Below, in pieces: positions 39,270-53,410 of a stretch of DNA of 64,000 bases (within the stretch, counting starts at the first letter, position 1; each line of letters begins with the position of its first letter). The notes beneath the pieces are model-generated. The model was not told the origin of the DNA. It was given only the letters and a program-made list of their open reading frames with translations, and did no database searches. The position numbers and the translations under genes were made by a program. Source of the stretch: Octopus sinensis. Its lineage: Eukaryota. The stretch covers positions 86,304,001 through 86,368,000 of the forward strand of contig NC_043005.1 in assembly GCF_006345805.1 (NCBI RefSeq), read 5' to 3'.

Positions 39270-39745
39270 TTGAAAAAACAGTGCATGAAATCAGGGTGAC
39301 ACTGGACCAAAATGTACGAAACCCAGGATACCTATCATAAACGCACGACATAGTGGCCTCATATCCTTATAAACAGCGCATGAAATTGCAGGTGGATCCC
39401 TGTTAGAATTGTCCTCAGGTCTAGTAGCCGATCCCGCTTAAAGGGTTCCCGAATAAGGGTTGTTTAATGCTGTTGAACGAAACACCGATATTCCTAGAGG
39501 TGAAGTATTCAAGTCCCAAAGAATTACTCTCAACACATAGTTGTGATGCATCCCCAATACTTCTGCTTGTGATCATATTGAGACGTCCATCGAGATGGCC
39601 ATATTGTCAACCACTAATGAACATGCTCATCTGTTATGGTCAAACCACTGACAAACAAATCTGTGGTACTGTAACCCATCTTTATACTAAGAGAAAACAT
39701 GTACATAATAAAACTTCTAATCAGTTAGGATCAGAATGAAACCCA
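39270..39745. repeat. Unclassified interspersed repeat fragment
   Basis: GC-richer non-coding block recognised as repeat-like; no second copy in this window, so weakly supported. Confidence 0.3.
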
Positions 39746-39748
39746 GTG

Positions 39749-40330
39749 TCTTCTTCTTCTTCTTCTTCTTCTTCTTCTTCTTCTTCTTCTTCTTCTTCTT
39801 CTTCTTCTTCTTCTTCTTCTTCTTCTTCTTCTTCTTCTTCTTCTTCTTCTTCTTCTTCTTCTTCTTCTTCTTCTTCTTCTCTTCTTTCTTCTCTTCTTCT
39901 TCTTCTTTTCTTCTTCTTCTTCTTCTCTTGCTTCTTCTTCTCTCTCTTCTTTCTTCTTTCTCTTCTTCTTCTTCTTCTTCTTGTTCTTTTCTTCTCTTCT
40001 TCTTCTTCTTCTTCTTCTTCTTCTTTTTCTCTTCTTCTATTCTTTTCTTCTTCTTCTTCTTTCCTTTCTTCTTCTTCTTCTTCTTCTTCTTCTTCTTCTT
40101 TCTCTTTCTTCCTGTTCTCTTTTCTTCTTCTTTCGTCTCTTCTTCTTCTTCTTCTTCTTCTTTTTTTTTTCCTTTCTCCTATTCTTCTTCTTTTTGTTCT
40201 TCTTCTTCTTCATTCTCTTCTATTCTTCTTTTTCTTCTTCTTCTTCTTTTTCTCTCTTCTTTTCATTCTTATTCTTTTTTTTTTTCATCCTTATTCTTTC
40301 TTCTTTATTATTCATTATTCTTTCTTCTCT
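39749..40330. repeat. (CTT)n microsatellite, about 44 pure units then degenerate
   Basis: Directly visible; produces the poly-F/S/L ORFs at 39736-40557. Confidence 0.97.
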
Positions 40331-40355
40331 TCTTATTATTATTATTATTATTATA

Positions 40356-40387
<32 letters not shown>

Positions 40388-40444
40388 GTTGTTGTTGTTG
40401 TTGTTGTTGTTATCATCATCATCATTATTATTTTATGTTTATCT

Positions 40445-40935
40445 TTTGCTTTGCATTTGTACAAGTTGGTTCCAAGTCTCACCCAAAGATCTCAAGAGAC
40501 AAGTTAAAGTCCATGTTGGTGTTATGCCTAGGGTGTCACATATTTAGTTTTGCATAGAGTATTGTTCCAGAGAATGTTTAAGAAACCATAAGAAAATTAC
40601 GTGTTTGATTTAAAATTTTAATTACATAGACAGTATTTTACGTAGAATAAGAGAAGTTCCTATGAGCGCTCTCTTTTAAATTGCTGCTATTTTGTGGTTT
40701 CCTCGTATTTGAGGTTGGTAGGTATAAGCCCCTTTAACAATCATTCCTAGGGCATCTATGGCAACAAGTATTGTTTAGTCTTGAGGTTCCTCATTTTGCC
40801 AATTTCTATTGCAAGATCTTTCTTCTTGCTCAGATTTTGTTAGGTTTTGACAGATGCATTTATACCGATTGAGACCGTGATATCAATGAGGAGGCATGGT
40901 TTTTGTCTGAAGTATTTCAATATAATGTCTGGCCT
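40445..40935 (-). mobile_element. R4/Dong LINE 3' fragment, old
   Basis: RPDIILKYFRQKPCLLIDITVSIGINASVK directly after a TAA tract; TAA tracts on both sides. Confidence 0.7.
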
Positions 40936-40969
40936 ATTACTATTATTATCATTATTATTATTATTATTA

Positions 40970-41036
<67 letters not shown>

Positions 41037-41232
41037 CATTATTATTATTATTATTATTATTATTGTTATTAATTCTGTTCATCCTGTATATTTATGTGTG
41101 TATCCATCGTTTATTTATTGGAAAATTGAAACATGTCTATCATATTTCTGGAGTATAATACACATATCTTCTCCGTTTCTTTTGGCCCACCCTGTATATG
41201 TATGTATGTATGTATGCATGTATGTATGTATG

Positions 41233-41266
<34 letters not shown>

Positions 41267-41587
41267 TGTATGTATGTATATATGTATGTATATGCATATA
41301 TACGTATACACAGATGTATGCATATGCACATCGATATATACGCATGCACATACAAACGGTACAGAAATGACAAACATTGGAACAACGATTAATTACACGA
41401 GCAAAACTTGAGCGCTCACGCATTTATATGTCTGTAAGAATAAATACTAACGTACTTAAACGTATACTTTTCTACCCACTTATGTAATCGAAACACACAC
41501 ACACACACATATATATATCTATATAAATGTGTGTGTGTGTGTGCGTGTGTGTGTGTGCAAAGATAAGATCAAGGATACATATATATA

Positions 41588-41630
<43 letters not shown>

Positions 41631-41779
41631 CTATATATATATATGTATATATACATATAAAAGTAAATAAATGGCACAACGAAGCACCGATATTTACTGT
41701 TCTCGTTCTGTTAACGTTTTGGCGTTTATACGAGTGTACTGGCATAGATGTGGCAGCATTTGAAATATTGTCGAGGTAT

Positions 41780-41851
41780 ATGCAGCTGATGAAGATAAAT
41801 CAAATATACGTTGGCAAACGGATTTTGAAGAGTCTGAAACCGGTACTGTAT
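41780..41851 (+). ncRNA. Type I hammerhead ribozyme motif with extended stem II
   Basis: atgcag-CTGATGA-aga..(aaatc/gattt; cgtt-ggca-aacg)..tct-GAAA-C-CG-GTA-ctgtat; intact core, palindromic ACCGGT, GUA triplet at 41843-41845. Confidence 0.75.
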
Positions 41852-42939
41852 TATCCGTTTCTAGGTTTTTCATTACGTCCTGTTCTTGTCACATTTGTTT
41901 CTTTCCTTGTTTTCACCCCTCTGCAAGTGAATTTTATTTAATTCCCTCGCAGGAAGGACCGAACCGACGAGCGTGTTCTGTACTTTCCTTCGAAACACGC
42001 ATGGAGTCGAACCGGGGACAGCTGATGAAGGGGAATGTTCCTTGTGTTGTTTGTCCTGTGTTAATTTTTTTCGTTGTTAAGAAAAGTTCGTTCCATTGTT
42101 TTTATGTTTTCGTTTCTCGTTGAGTTCTACGCCTATTTGTGGTGTCCTGTACTCACATATATATATTTATATATGCATGTATATATACATGTAGATGTAG
42201 GTACGTACATATATGTATGTATGCATATATTTTATTTATTACATTATTATATATATATATGTATATATATATATTAAACACACAGATGTAAATCCCCATG
42301 TACATACACTCTCGTATAAAAGCGTATATACATGCATTCATGTATAAGTATGCACGTGTGGGGGGTACAGAGGAAAAGGAAAGATACGGGAAGAGACAGA
42401 GAGAGATATGACGGAACGAGCGAAAGGATAGTCAAAGAAAATAAATTGAAACGTTTCTTCTTAGAATCTTTGATTTCTAATGGCGCACGTACGAGCGAAG
42501 TCGCACAGATACATAAATACACACACACCTAGATGCTGATGTATATTTATGTATATACATACAGATGCATAAATACGTATAAATGTTCCATGCAATGATG
42601 CGCTACCTGCTTCTGTACATCTGTTTAATTATGTGTTTGTAAGGCTTCCGTGTTCTTCATATGCTTTCATCCGTAGAAGCTTTCGCGTTTTTCCTTTTAC
42701 TTGTGTTCATTTTTCTTTTGCATCTCCGTTGATTCTCTTGTGTGTGCAGTTTGGAATACTTGTATGTGCCTGGAGCACACACTTCAGGAAATTGCCGGTG
42801 CTAGAAATTGTGTCCTTTTTAAACTTCAAAGGTTTGGCTGTTTGATTTATACCTTGCTAGCCAAGATTTTGTGCTGTGGTTTGAAGTTGTTCTGAGCAGC
42901 CGTTTTATGAGTGTATGACTTGATATTTTGATATTAAGG

Positions 42940-43150
42940 CACTTAAAGTCGGCGAGATGGCCGAATGGTTAGCGTAATGGGAAAATGCCTAACGGAATTT
43001 CGTCCATGTTTACGTTCTGATATTCTCTGCCGCCGAGGTCGGCTTCACCGTTCATATTTTGGGAGCCGATTATATATGTATCGTTTGAATAATGGAGGCA
43101 ATGTAGCTGACAGCCACCCCACCCCTAAAATCTCAGGCCTTCTGCTTGTA
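42940..43150 (+). mobile_element. SINE family A copy
   Basis: GGCGAGATGGCCGAATGGTTAGC..TTTACGTTCTGA..GCCGAGGTCGGCTT. Confidence 0.7.
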
Positions 43151-44479
43151 GCAGAAAGAATTATTTTTGATATATTTGTTTTCAAAGTCGTTATGATTAA
43201 AACCAAAAAGCAGATACAACGTATATTTTCAAAACTGTTATTGAATTTGCGTTGCGAACATGGAAAATTTTGGAGTAGATATATTTGGTATTAAATTAAT
43301 CAGATATGTTCGTGTTATTGGTATTGCTGAGAGAGATATATACAGGTGCAACGAACAATCCGATTAATACATGTGTGAGTTTGCGTATATTTGTATTTGT
43401 GTGTGTGTGTTTGTGGTTGTGTGTGTATGTGTATGTGTATGTGTGCGTATGTGTGCTAACTTCGTCTTACATATATATATACATGTGGTGATACATATAT
43501 AATTACACAGATCGGGTGCCGATTTGAATAGATCGTAAACACTTTGTTTGTGATATAGAATAATTTATATATATATATATATACACTTTTGTGTGTGTAT
43601 GTATGTATATATATATGTATATATATATATGTATTTGTATATATATATATGTATGTGTATGTGAATATATATAGGTATATGTATATGAACATATATATAT
43701 GTATGCATGTATGTGTGTATATATATTATTATATATATATATATATATGCAGTCGTATATATCTTCATGCGTACGCCCACACATACATGAACACATGTAT
43801 TTGGAGTTAAAAACTCCATGCAGCGGGTGCATATGTTACGCAATACAAGATGAATATTATATTTTAATCTAGAGATTACAATGAGTGTTGTGTGGAATAC
43901 AAGCAAATGTAAACTAATATCTCAGTGCCACGTACGCTGTGAAAATTTAAAAAGTATAAACAGATCTATGATCTTCTATGACAAAATTATGATATATTTC
44001 CTGCAAAACTGGGAATTTTCAAAAGTTAAAAGGCTCTATATTATTCGCCTACACGATCACTGAAATAGCTATCGCTATTCACATCAAACACAAACATTTA
44101 TTAGTAAAGTTTTCATGAAATATTTAATAACGTCACCGAAACATTTACGGTACAAGGACCCTTACGTCAGGTAATACCGTGTTTGTGAGTTAATTACAGA
44201 TCGAACATTACTAAACTCAATGAACGGCAGAGAAATGTAACATGATATATTTGTTGATCTTAGACAACGTAAATTTAGATAAAAATCAGATATATTTCGA
44301 CCAAAGATTTATCCAGTCCATTTAAAATTTAATAGTATCACCTAATATGCAAATCCTTTTTAAGTCAAGTCCTAACGAACATCAGTGAATTTATCTCATA
44401 TATACGTCTCCGCGGTGTGTGGATTTATACATACTTATGTATATAGAGATATGTATATACATTAGGTGTGCGTATAAAT

Positions 44480-44522
<43 letters not shown>

Positions 44523-44653
44523 ATATATATATATATATATACATACCTACATACATACATACATATATATCTTATATACATACATACACATATATATACA
44601 TATATATATACATACATACGTACTATATATATATATACATACAACATATATAT

Positions 44654-44700
<47 letters not shown>

Positions 44701-45580
44701 CAATATATATATACATAAATGCATCTTTCATACATACATCTTTCCATCTTTAATCTCCTTTTTGTTAAGATCTCGAATATAAAACTGTTCCCTGAAGACG
44801 GAGGGGGGTAGTATTCGACGATGGAATCAATTTACAATCATTATTCTGGACCATCAAAAACATAGAATCAGCTGTTGGACTCGTAAAATCCCCGTTCAAC
44901 CCCTTTAATTCCTGGTATCATTTCAATTCTGTTTATATCGGACCTTTTTATGTATAAACAAAGTTTTTGTATTAAATGCATTTTAGTATTGCTTGTATAT
45001 CCGCCTGCCTAACTTGCTTATCTTTATATTTATTCTCTATATTTATTCTTCTACCTGCTCAAGTTTAAAACTCTTGAGTACTAGGAATTATATTCTATAT
45101 AGAGAATAACAGTCTCTAATCTATTAACTACACACATACATACATACATACATACATACATACATACATACATACATACATACATACATACATACATACA
45201 CACATAACATACATATATGCAAGACTTCTCTTGTTCCAAATGTGAATTTGTCTGTGTTAACTACATCCAAAAGATGGAGCCTTATATCTTTGTTGAAAAC
45301 CGGCTCCTTCCCCAGTGGAAGATTTATGATAATTAAAATATAGAAGAAACATACATACATTCATATATATATACATACATTCATACATATATATATGCAT
45401 ACATGCATACATACACACATACATACATACATACATACATACATACATACATACATACATACATACATACATACATACTTACGTACATACATACACACAT
45501 ACGGCACACTAGTGCTACTGTTGAATGCCTCGGGCCTTGCAAAATGGCACCAACAGAAAAGCCCATACATAAAAGACCTA

Positions 45581-46533
45581 CGATGGACGTTCAATAAGTA
45601 ATGCTTCTGACTCACTTGCATTTGTATGATCTAGCTGAAATTTTGCATGTGCAATTATTTTTATCTCTATAGAGTAAGTGGCAAATTACAGCTCTGAATT
45701 AATTGTGGTTTCTGATTTACAGGTGTTTCAACAGAGTCAAGTGTGAAATGGAGCCTGTTGAGTGTCGAGCAGTGATCCGGTTTTTGTATTTGAAAGACGC
45801 ACACCACGGGAGACTTTTGATGAAATGAAAGTAACTTATGGTGATGATGCCCCATCATATGACCTTGTAAAACGCTGGCATCGTGAATTCAAACATGGTC
45901 GGAACTCTGTGGAAACAGCTCCCAGATCTGGTCGACCTTTCTGCCATTGATGAGGCATCTGCCCGTCAAGTTGAGGCTGCCATTTTGGAAGATCGACGCA
46001 TAATTATTCGCCAAATAGCCCATGAGGTCAAGATTAGTACCGGGTCTGTGGAAACTATCATTCATGACCATTTACATATGCAAAAGGTGTCTGCCAGATG
46101 GATTCCCAGGCCGCTCACGCCATTCCAGAAGCAAGAACGCGTCGAGTGCTCGAGAGTGAATTTGGAGATGTGCCAAGAAGATGAGTCAAAATTTTTCAAA
46201 AGACTGATTACACAGGATGAAACCTGGGTCGATCACGATGATCCAGAGACCAACGCCCAGTCAATGCAGTGGAAGCACCGTGACTCACCCCCCTCCAAAG
46301 AAGGCAAGGATGCAGCCCTCCGCTGGCAAGGTCATGCTCACAGTCTTCTGGGACCAGGACGGAGTACAGTAGTAGTGATGACAGATTTCCTGGCAAAGGG
46401 TACCACAATTGCAGGAGCTTATTATGCTTCACTTTTGAGGAATTAAGAGAAGTTATCAAAATCAAGAGGCGGTGCAAGATCAGCAAAGCATCCTCCTCCT
46501 GCAGGACAACGCTCCGGTCCACAACTCGCTTGT
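45581..46533 (+). mobile_element. Mariner transposon, defective (irritans/Himar-like); right part lost in the assembly gap
   Basis: TA + TIR-like CGATGGACGTTCAATAAGTAATGC; ATG at 45748 MEPVECRAVIRFLYLK [frameshift] ..WHREFKHGRNSVETAPRSGRP, VSARWIPRPLT, LITQDETWV, LLLQDNAPVH. Confidence 0.92.
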
Positions 46534-46633
46534 NNNNNNNNNNNNNNNNNNNNNNNNNNNNNNNNNNNNNNNNNNNNNNNNNNNNNNNNNNNNNNNNNNN
46601 NNNNNNNNNNNNNNNNNNNNNNNNNNNNNNNNN
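46534..46633. other. Assembly gap (100 N)
   Basis: Directly visible; true size unknown. Confidence 1.
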
Positions 46634-47014
46634 AATTTTGTCTTACTTTTCACCATTTTTCTTTGTTTTTTCAGTTTTTTATCTTTTTTTTCCTTTTTTT
46701 TTCTATCTAACTTGACTTCTTACGAACTTAATTTTGTAAATGAACAACCTAGTGTATTTATTTTTATGGACTACCAATGTATACAGTAAGATTGTTTTCC
46801 CTAGGTGTCGGGAAGACACTCGGTAAGAAATGGAAACAACATTGAATAAAGAAGGAAAATAATAATGACTTTTACCTTATATATTTTCCGTGTCGATAAA
46901 ATAGGTAAAAGTTGAGCAGTTGCGTCGGGGTAAACAACTGACGCTCTCTTCCGAAGTTGCTGGCCTTGAACCTGTTATTTTTATTATAATTACATAAGAT
47001 ATGGCGACCTGGTA

Positions 47015-47185
47015 GAAACGTTAGCAGGCCGAGCTACATGTTTTGTGTATTTCGCCCATTATTTTCTTCTGAGTTCAAATTCGGCCGACGTCAGCTTTCT
47101 CGTTCATCCTTTCGAGCACTGGGGACGATGAAATCAACTTAACACCTACCCTGAAACTGCCGGCCTTGAGCCAAATTTTGATACA
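47015..47185 (+). mobile_element. SINE family A copy
   Basis: GGCGACCTGGTAGAAACGTTAGC..CTGAGTTCAAATTCGGCCGACG. Confidence 0.75.
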
Positions 47186-48062
47186 AATATTAAATCAATC
47201 TTCTCATTATAGAACTTAATATTACAGTCCAATAAAATTAATAATAACTCTACTCCCTATCTAAATTTACCTAAATTGTTCTGCATAATAATAACTTTAT
47301 CATACGATCTAAACAATCTTAAACCGGAATGTAATCTCGATAATATACCCAACCATGTTATTAACTCGTAATCTCTAGCCGTTATCATCTATATATTAAT
47401 GCAACAATATTGAATTATGTGCTGCTGGAATTACCCAATCTTATCACCGTTAACAATTCTTACTAAAGTTATCCATTCTTAGAAATTTAGCCCGTCATAC
47501 TCTACTCTAATCTACCTGATATCATACATGAATCCAAATGATTGTTAATTCTCTATTAAATTTCTCAAATAATCATTAAAGGTATTCGTTGCTTTAACTC
47601 TCACAACATCCCATTCAACACGCTCTATTTAATTTTTCTTATGTATTTAATTTCCTCAATATAAATTATCGCAGTAACCGAGGATTTCCGTCCTCCCATA
47701 TATCCTCACATTCACCAATACTAGCTAATCTTTAATATTGCCGAACAATATTGTCTTTTACTGTACTCACACGCGCGCGCGCACACACAAGTGTATATAC
47801 ATACATACACACACAACTGTACACACACACACAAACACACACACACATATATATATATATAACAGAGCAAGCGCATAAATGTGAAACATGGTGAAAAAAT
47901 AGTACTCGAATACCGGAGGTAGACTAATCGCTTTTATAAATGATTTCTTAATTAAATATGTATGATATATATATATATTATTTATATATTATATATTATA
48001 TATATATATATATATATAGATATATATATTATATTATATATCTATATATATATATATATATC

Positions 48063-48094
<32 letters not shown>

Positions 48095-48152
48095 ATATTA
48101 TATATATTATATATTATATATATTATATATAATATAATATATATATTAGATA

Positions 48153-48196
<44 letters not shown>

Positions 48197-48197
<1 letters not shown>

Positions 48198-48618
48198 GGC
48201 GCAGGAGAGGCGTGGCGTGTGGTAAGTAGCTTGCTAAACCAACCACATGGTTCCGGGTTCAGTCCCACTGCGTGGCATCTGGGGCAAGTGTCTTCTGCCA
48301 AACCCCCAGGCCGACCAAGCTTGTGAGTGGATTTGGTAGACGGGAAACTGAAAGAAGCCTGTCGTATATATGTATAATATATATATATGTATGTGTGTGG
48401 TGTTTTTTGTGTCTGTGTGTTCCCCTAGCATTGTTGACAACCGCTGCTGGTGTTGTTTACGTTCCCGTCGTCACCTAGTGGTGGTTCGGCAAAAAGAGAC
48501 CGATAGAATAAGTACTGGGCTTACAAAAAGAATAAGTCCCTGGGTCAGGTTGCTCGACTAAAGGCGGTGCTCCAGCATGGCCGCAGTCAAATGACTGAAA
48601 CAAGTAAAAGAGTTTAAG
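48197..48618 (+). mobile_element. SINE family B, full length (tRNA-like head, microsatellite linker, AAAAGAG tail)
   Basis: AGGCGCAGGAG..TGTGGTAAGTAGC (A box), GGGTTCAGTCCC (B-box-like), GGGCAAGTGTCTTC, tail CCAGCATGGCCGCAGTC..GAAACAAGTAAAAGAG; about ten related copies in the window. Confidence 0.9.
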
Positions 48619-49025
48619 AGTATATATATATATATAGTAGAGAGAGGGAGAGAGAGAAGACTGCATTCATCAATTGCTGACAAATCAGAATCAATTGCAG
48701 ACCAGTATAAAAAAATACAGATTTACCTCCCTTTTACTATAAAATACTTTGGTTACCAATTATCCTCTCTCGCCAACAAAATATCTAATTCAGAAATCCA
48801 TCCAAATTCATAACTTGAAAAGCGATAGTGAAACCAGTTATTATGTTGGAAGAAAGAAATTTCATTCTGTACAATATTATATAATCCTTTTGTTATTATG
48901 ATTCTAATATATTCTTTAGTCTTGTAAAACAAATTTTGGTTTTTTTCATCTTATGTACCTGGAAACACAATTCCATATATATTAAACCATGTGCAATCAC
49001 CCACCATTATTTATATATCATCAAC

Positions 49026-49074
<49 letters not shown>

Positions 49075-49093
49075 CACTCGGGAATCACACTAA

Positions 49094-49477
49094 GAGCCCA
49101 CTCCGAGTTGTAACTGTCCCTGTCCACCTGATAAGGAGTGCTTGATTTGCTCAGTTGTAAATGAATTCGAAGTTACAGCAGTGCTTCCAGATAACGGAAT
49201 CGAGAAGAAAAATTACGTCGTTTTTTGCAAAGACAATTTTAAAAGCGATTACGCAAACGCTACGTTTTCTCTCGACACATTGATAATAATAAACGGACCA
49301 TACTTAACTCAAGTGGAGAATTATGGAAAAACCTACACCATATCTAATGGACCAAAGACATGCGAGATATGCGTAGCTGAAATAACGCACATTCACTTTA
49401 GCTACTTTATTCTAAGACAAAGGGGACGAAAGGGGTCTTCCTACTTCCCCCTTCTTTCATCTCCTTCTACCTTTTAA
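49094..49477 (+). other. Orphan open frame (128 codons), possibly coding
   Basis: Stop-free from 49094: EPTPSCNCPCPPDKECLICSVVNEFEVTAVLPDNGIEKKNYVVFC..TCEICVAEI; non-repetitive; no in-frame ATG and no clear splice sites. Confidence 0.2.
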
Positions 49478-50447
49478 CATAATACTTCACATTTTTCTTT
49501 CCGTGTTTTCCCATGTTTTCCCATAGAGCAACGTACTGGTTTTCGAATTGGTCTGACCACTTGCATTGAGCCTAAAATATTGCTTAGAGATACATGGCAT
49601 ATAATATTATACTGCCAAATTATTCTGTCGCTAAACTATGAAAGTATTAAATGATATTGGTGTATTTTAAATTGTGTATGCGAAATAACCTTTATCTCTC
49701 ACTGGATGGAATATATTTTTGTTGATCTATATCGGAACAATAAATTATATATATCTTTTATCTTTTAACTGGTTTCATTAGACAGCAGACATGATCGGGT
49801 ATCGCCTTGAAGTTTTAGTCGAATGAATTGTCCCCGTTGCTTATGTTTTAAGCCTGGTAAATATTCTATTGTATCACTTTTGTTGAAACGCTAAGTTACG
49901 GAGATAAAAACCACACCTACACCGATTCTCAGGTGGTGGTGTTGGTGGTGGGAAACAAACAGAGACATAAATTCACACACATACACACAAATATGTGTGA
50001 CATTTCAAAACTCAGTAACAGATGGAAAGAATTTATAGAGAAGAATGGTGACTATATCAACGATTAAATAAATCAGATTCATATTTTTTACTGTTATATT
50101 GAACAATAAATAACGTATAGAGCTTTTGTTACAACCTGATGTAAATGTAAAAACTCATTCTTAAACAATATTAGCTTTTAGAACAACGTCTATAAGGCAA
50201 CAAAAACTAATTTTAGTGTAAATCTCAATTCGCGTTTATCTCCAAATTCATTATATACATTCATTATTTTCAAATCGCAGAGTGCCTGGAAACACAATTT
50301 TCTTTTTACCACTGTGTCCTGGACAATTTTGCAATGCATACATTTCTTGTCGTCCGATAATTCACATAGCTCAATTTTGTTTTATCGATTTTGGTGCAAG
50401 TTTAATTATATTATTTACAATTTGTTATTTACATATACAGAAAAAAC

Positions 50448-50505
<58 letters not shown>

Positions 50506-50570
50506 TATATATATATAATATATAATATATTATATATATGTAATGGTGTATCTATATAATATAAATAGAG

Positions 50571-50603
<33 letters not shown>

Positions 50604-51835
50604 GCAAATATACGCACACGCACACACACATATATAAATGTGTATATATATAATGTATATGATAGACTCTCCCGTCGATTTCGACGTATTAGGATGTGAC
50701 AACGTATACTTTCTTTAACATTTTTGATGCTTATGTCGAGTGAGACATTTCAGCCCTGCCAAAGATTTGCAAAAAAGCCCGCTGATGTGGTAATTACGAG
50801 GATTACGGGGGAGGGGGTTGCAGGATATTTTCAGCCGCTTTTCTTCTTTGCATTGCACCCTTAAGCCTGCTGGCTTTAAGCAGTCTCTTGTGTCATTTTG
50901 ATACGACGATCTCCATTTTGTACCCAGGTTGCTTGCTCAAAGGTTCTGTGAATTATATATAAAGAATGTGAAGGGTTTAATATTATCTTATATATACCCC
51001 CTTAAGCTAGGCATCTATTTTTAGCTATCCCTACTGACCACTGACCACACCTAACCTAGATTTCATCTGTTTAATTAACAGATATAAATACTTTCCTCCT
51101 CAGGAATTTCAACCGTATTTCGTGGTCTGCTACCACAACAGCTCCTTTAGAGGATCCAGTTAGCTCAAGACATCATCAGGAGGAACCACGTCCGGTTTCG
51201 GCCCCTACTCCTCTACCGTTTTGACGTAGCGGCCCCATCCTTTCGGATGTGTCTTCAGCTCTGGTGTTGGGTGCATGCTTTCTTTCTTCCTTCTTCTGTT
51301 CCCTGTTCTCTTCGATGTATCGCAGCGAGTGTCACCCGGTGAATGACTGAATTGTCAATTTTCTACCTTTACATACCTGCCGCTAGGCTTCAGCAGGCAG
51401 CCCCATCAAGTTGTCACCTGACACTGTCTCAACTTTAACTGACCAATGAAGGCGCGTAGTCTCAGCCCACGCATTCGCTACACGATACCGTCATCTGGCA
51501 ATCAGAGAAGCTAAATCAGTGTCAGCTTGTTTCACCTAATGATGTTATTTCCCGCCGACATGTTATGACTTTCAAGCCATTTTGGGGGGTCCCGCTTCAG
51601 CCATATATAGAGGCTGGCTTTTTCGACCGCTTAACACGTGACCTCTCACCCCGAACCGACACTTACGAACAATAATACTGGCATCTCATCTCAATCTTTA
51701 TTATTTTTACTTTTATTACTTTCCTTTTTTTCTTGTTGATTTCGTTCTCATTCATTCTTTCCGCAACCTATCCCGTTCCTGTCTATGGTTCAAATATTAA
51801 CCTATATACAACTCAATTAGTTGAGGTAGTGTGGG

Positions 51836-51902
<67 letters not shown>

Positions 51903-51903
51903 A

Positions 51904-51939
<36 letters not shown>

Positions 51940-51961
<22 letters not shown>

Positions 51962-52225
51962 TAAATACAAAATAGGACAAAAACGCAAAACATCCAAATA
52001 GACGATACAAAAAACACGGACGGGTCATTCGAGGCCTCTAATCTTCAGTCAAGAACCAGATCATCTTCACAATTTCGGCTGATTTACCTTGAGATTGCTC
52101 CAATCTGACAACTCCCAAGGAAAAACTAAGCTAAGAGCATTAGATTCCTTGGAAAGTGGATCGAATATATACGAAACAAGGAAAGAAAAACGGACGATGT
52201 TACACGAATATAAATACAAAAAAAC

Positions 52226-52274
<49 letters not shown>

Positions 52275-52450
52275 TTAATAATAATAATAATAACAGGACA
52301 TAAAAACAGGCGTCTTTCGACTCGAGACGAATTTAATTCAGCTGGCGTATTTGAGTATTAACCGTTACGACAGACGAAAAGAATGATGTTACTGTGCCCG
52401 TGGTCCGAAGCAAACGTACTATAGTTGGCCAGCGGTCACGTGAGAAGAGA
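51940..52450. mobile_element. Second copy of the 30762-31482 repeat family
   Basis: CAGTCAAGAACCAGATCATCTTC..AATTTCGGCTGATT..CTTGAGATT..GCATTAGAT(T/C)CC shared. Confidence 0.8.
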
Positions 52451-53287
52451 AGAGAGAGAGAAAGAGCAGCAAAGGAATAAGGAGAGGGGGGAAGAGAGAG
52501 ACTTCAAAATTTGACAGTTTACATGCGATTGTCAAGTTCTTGTTGCAAACTGGAATTGGGTCAGGCAAGTAGCTTTTTAGCAATTAATTTATAACGAAAT
52601 CTAAAACTATATCCATTAATTTAATTATACTGAAACATATTCTATTCCAGACCTGGCAGCAAAGTTGTACCAGTAACCTGCCAGTATCCAGGCTGAATGC
52701 GGTGGCCTACAATTAATGAAAATAGAGGATCTTTTCATAAGGATAAAAAAACATTATAGAGCCTTAATAACTTGAGACTGACATGAATTTGTCCGAAAAT
52801 GTCTCTCACTCTGATCCTTGTATATGATGAGATGAACCTCATACGCATCCATGAACATTACGTCATATACTGTTGAGTCAAACTATAGTTATATACACAA
52901 ACACACACACACAGACACACACACACACACACTCACATGCATGTATACATTTAGGGGCCATTATTCACATAAATATTTATATAAGCTAAATTATATTTTG
53001 AGGTGGACTTAGGTGACAATTACCTACACTGTGCTGATTTCAGCGATACAATGTGAAGCGAACGAATGTAAGACTTTTACATACCAATAGAGAGATATGC
53101 ATTTATACATAAAGAAGGTGTAAAGACACGGAGAGGGAAATAGAGACGCGAGAGACAGAGGTATACAGATAAGTATGTTCATAGATAGTTTTGTAGTTAC
53201 GTAGATATGAGGATAGATAAATACAGAGGTAGAGACGGAGGAAGGTAGGAAAATCGAGGGGAGAACGTAGATAGAATATATATATAT

Positions 53288-53328
<41 letters not shown>

Positions 53329-53343
53329 AGGAGAGAGAGAGAG

Positions 53344-53410
<67 letters not shown>

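Noticed and set aside
41970-42050. CCGACGA..GAAAC and CTGATGA motifs
   Set aside because: The GAAAC is inside a hairpin arm (GCGTGTT/AAACACGC) and the CTGATGA has no downstream GAAA.
47200-47760. Strand-skewed A/T/C-rich block as a mitochondrial insertion
   Set aside because: Frames I read contain TAA stops and no mitochondrial protein motif; more likely an unclassified decayed repeat.
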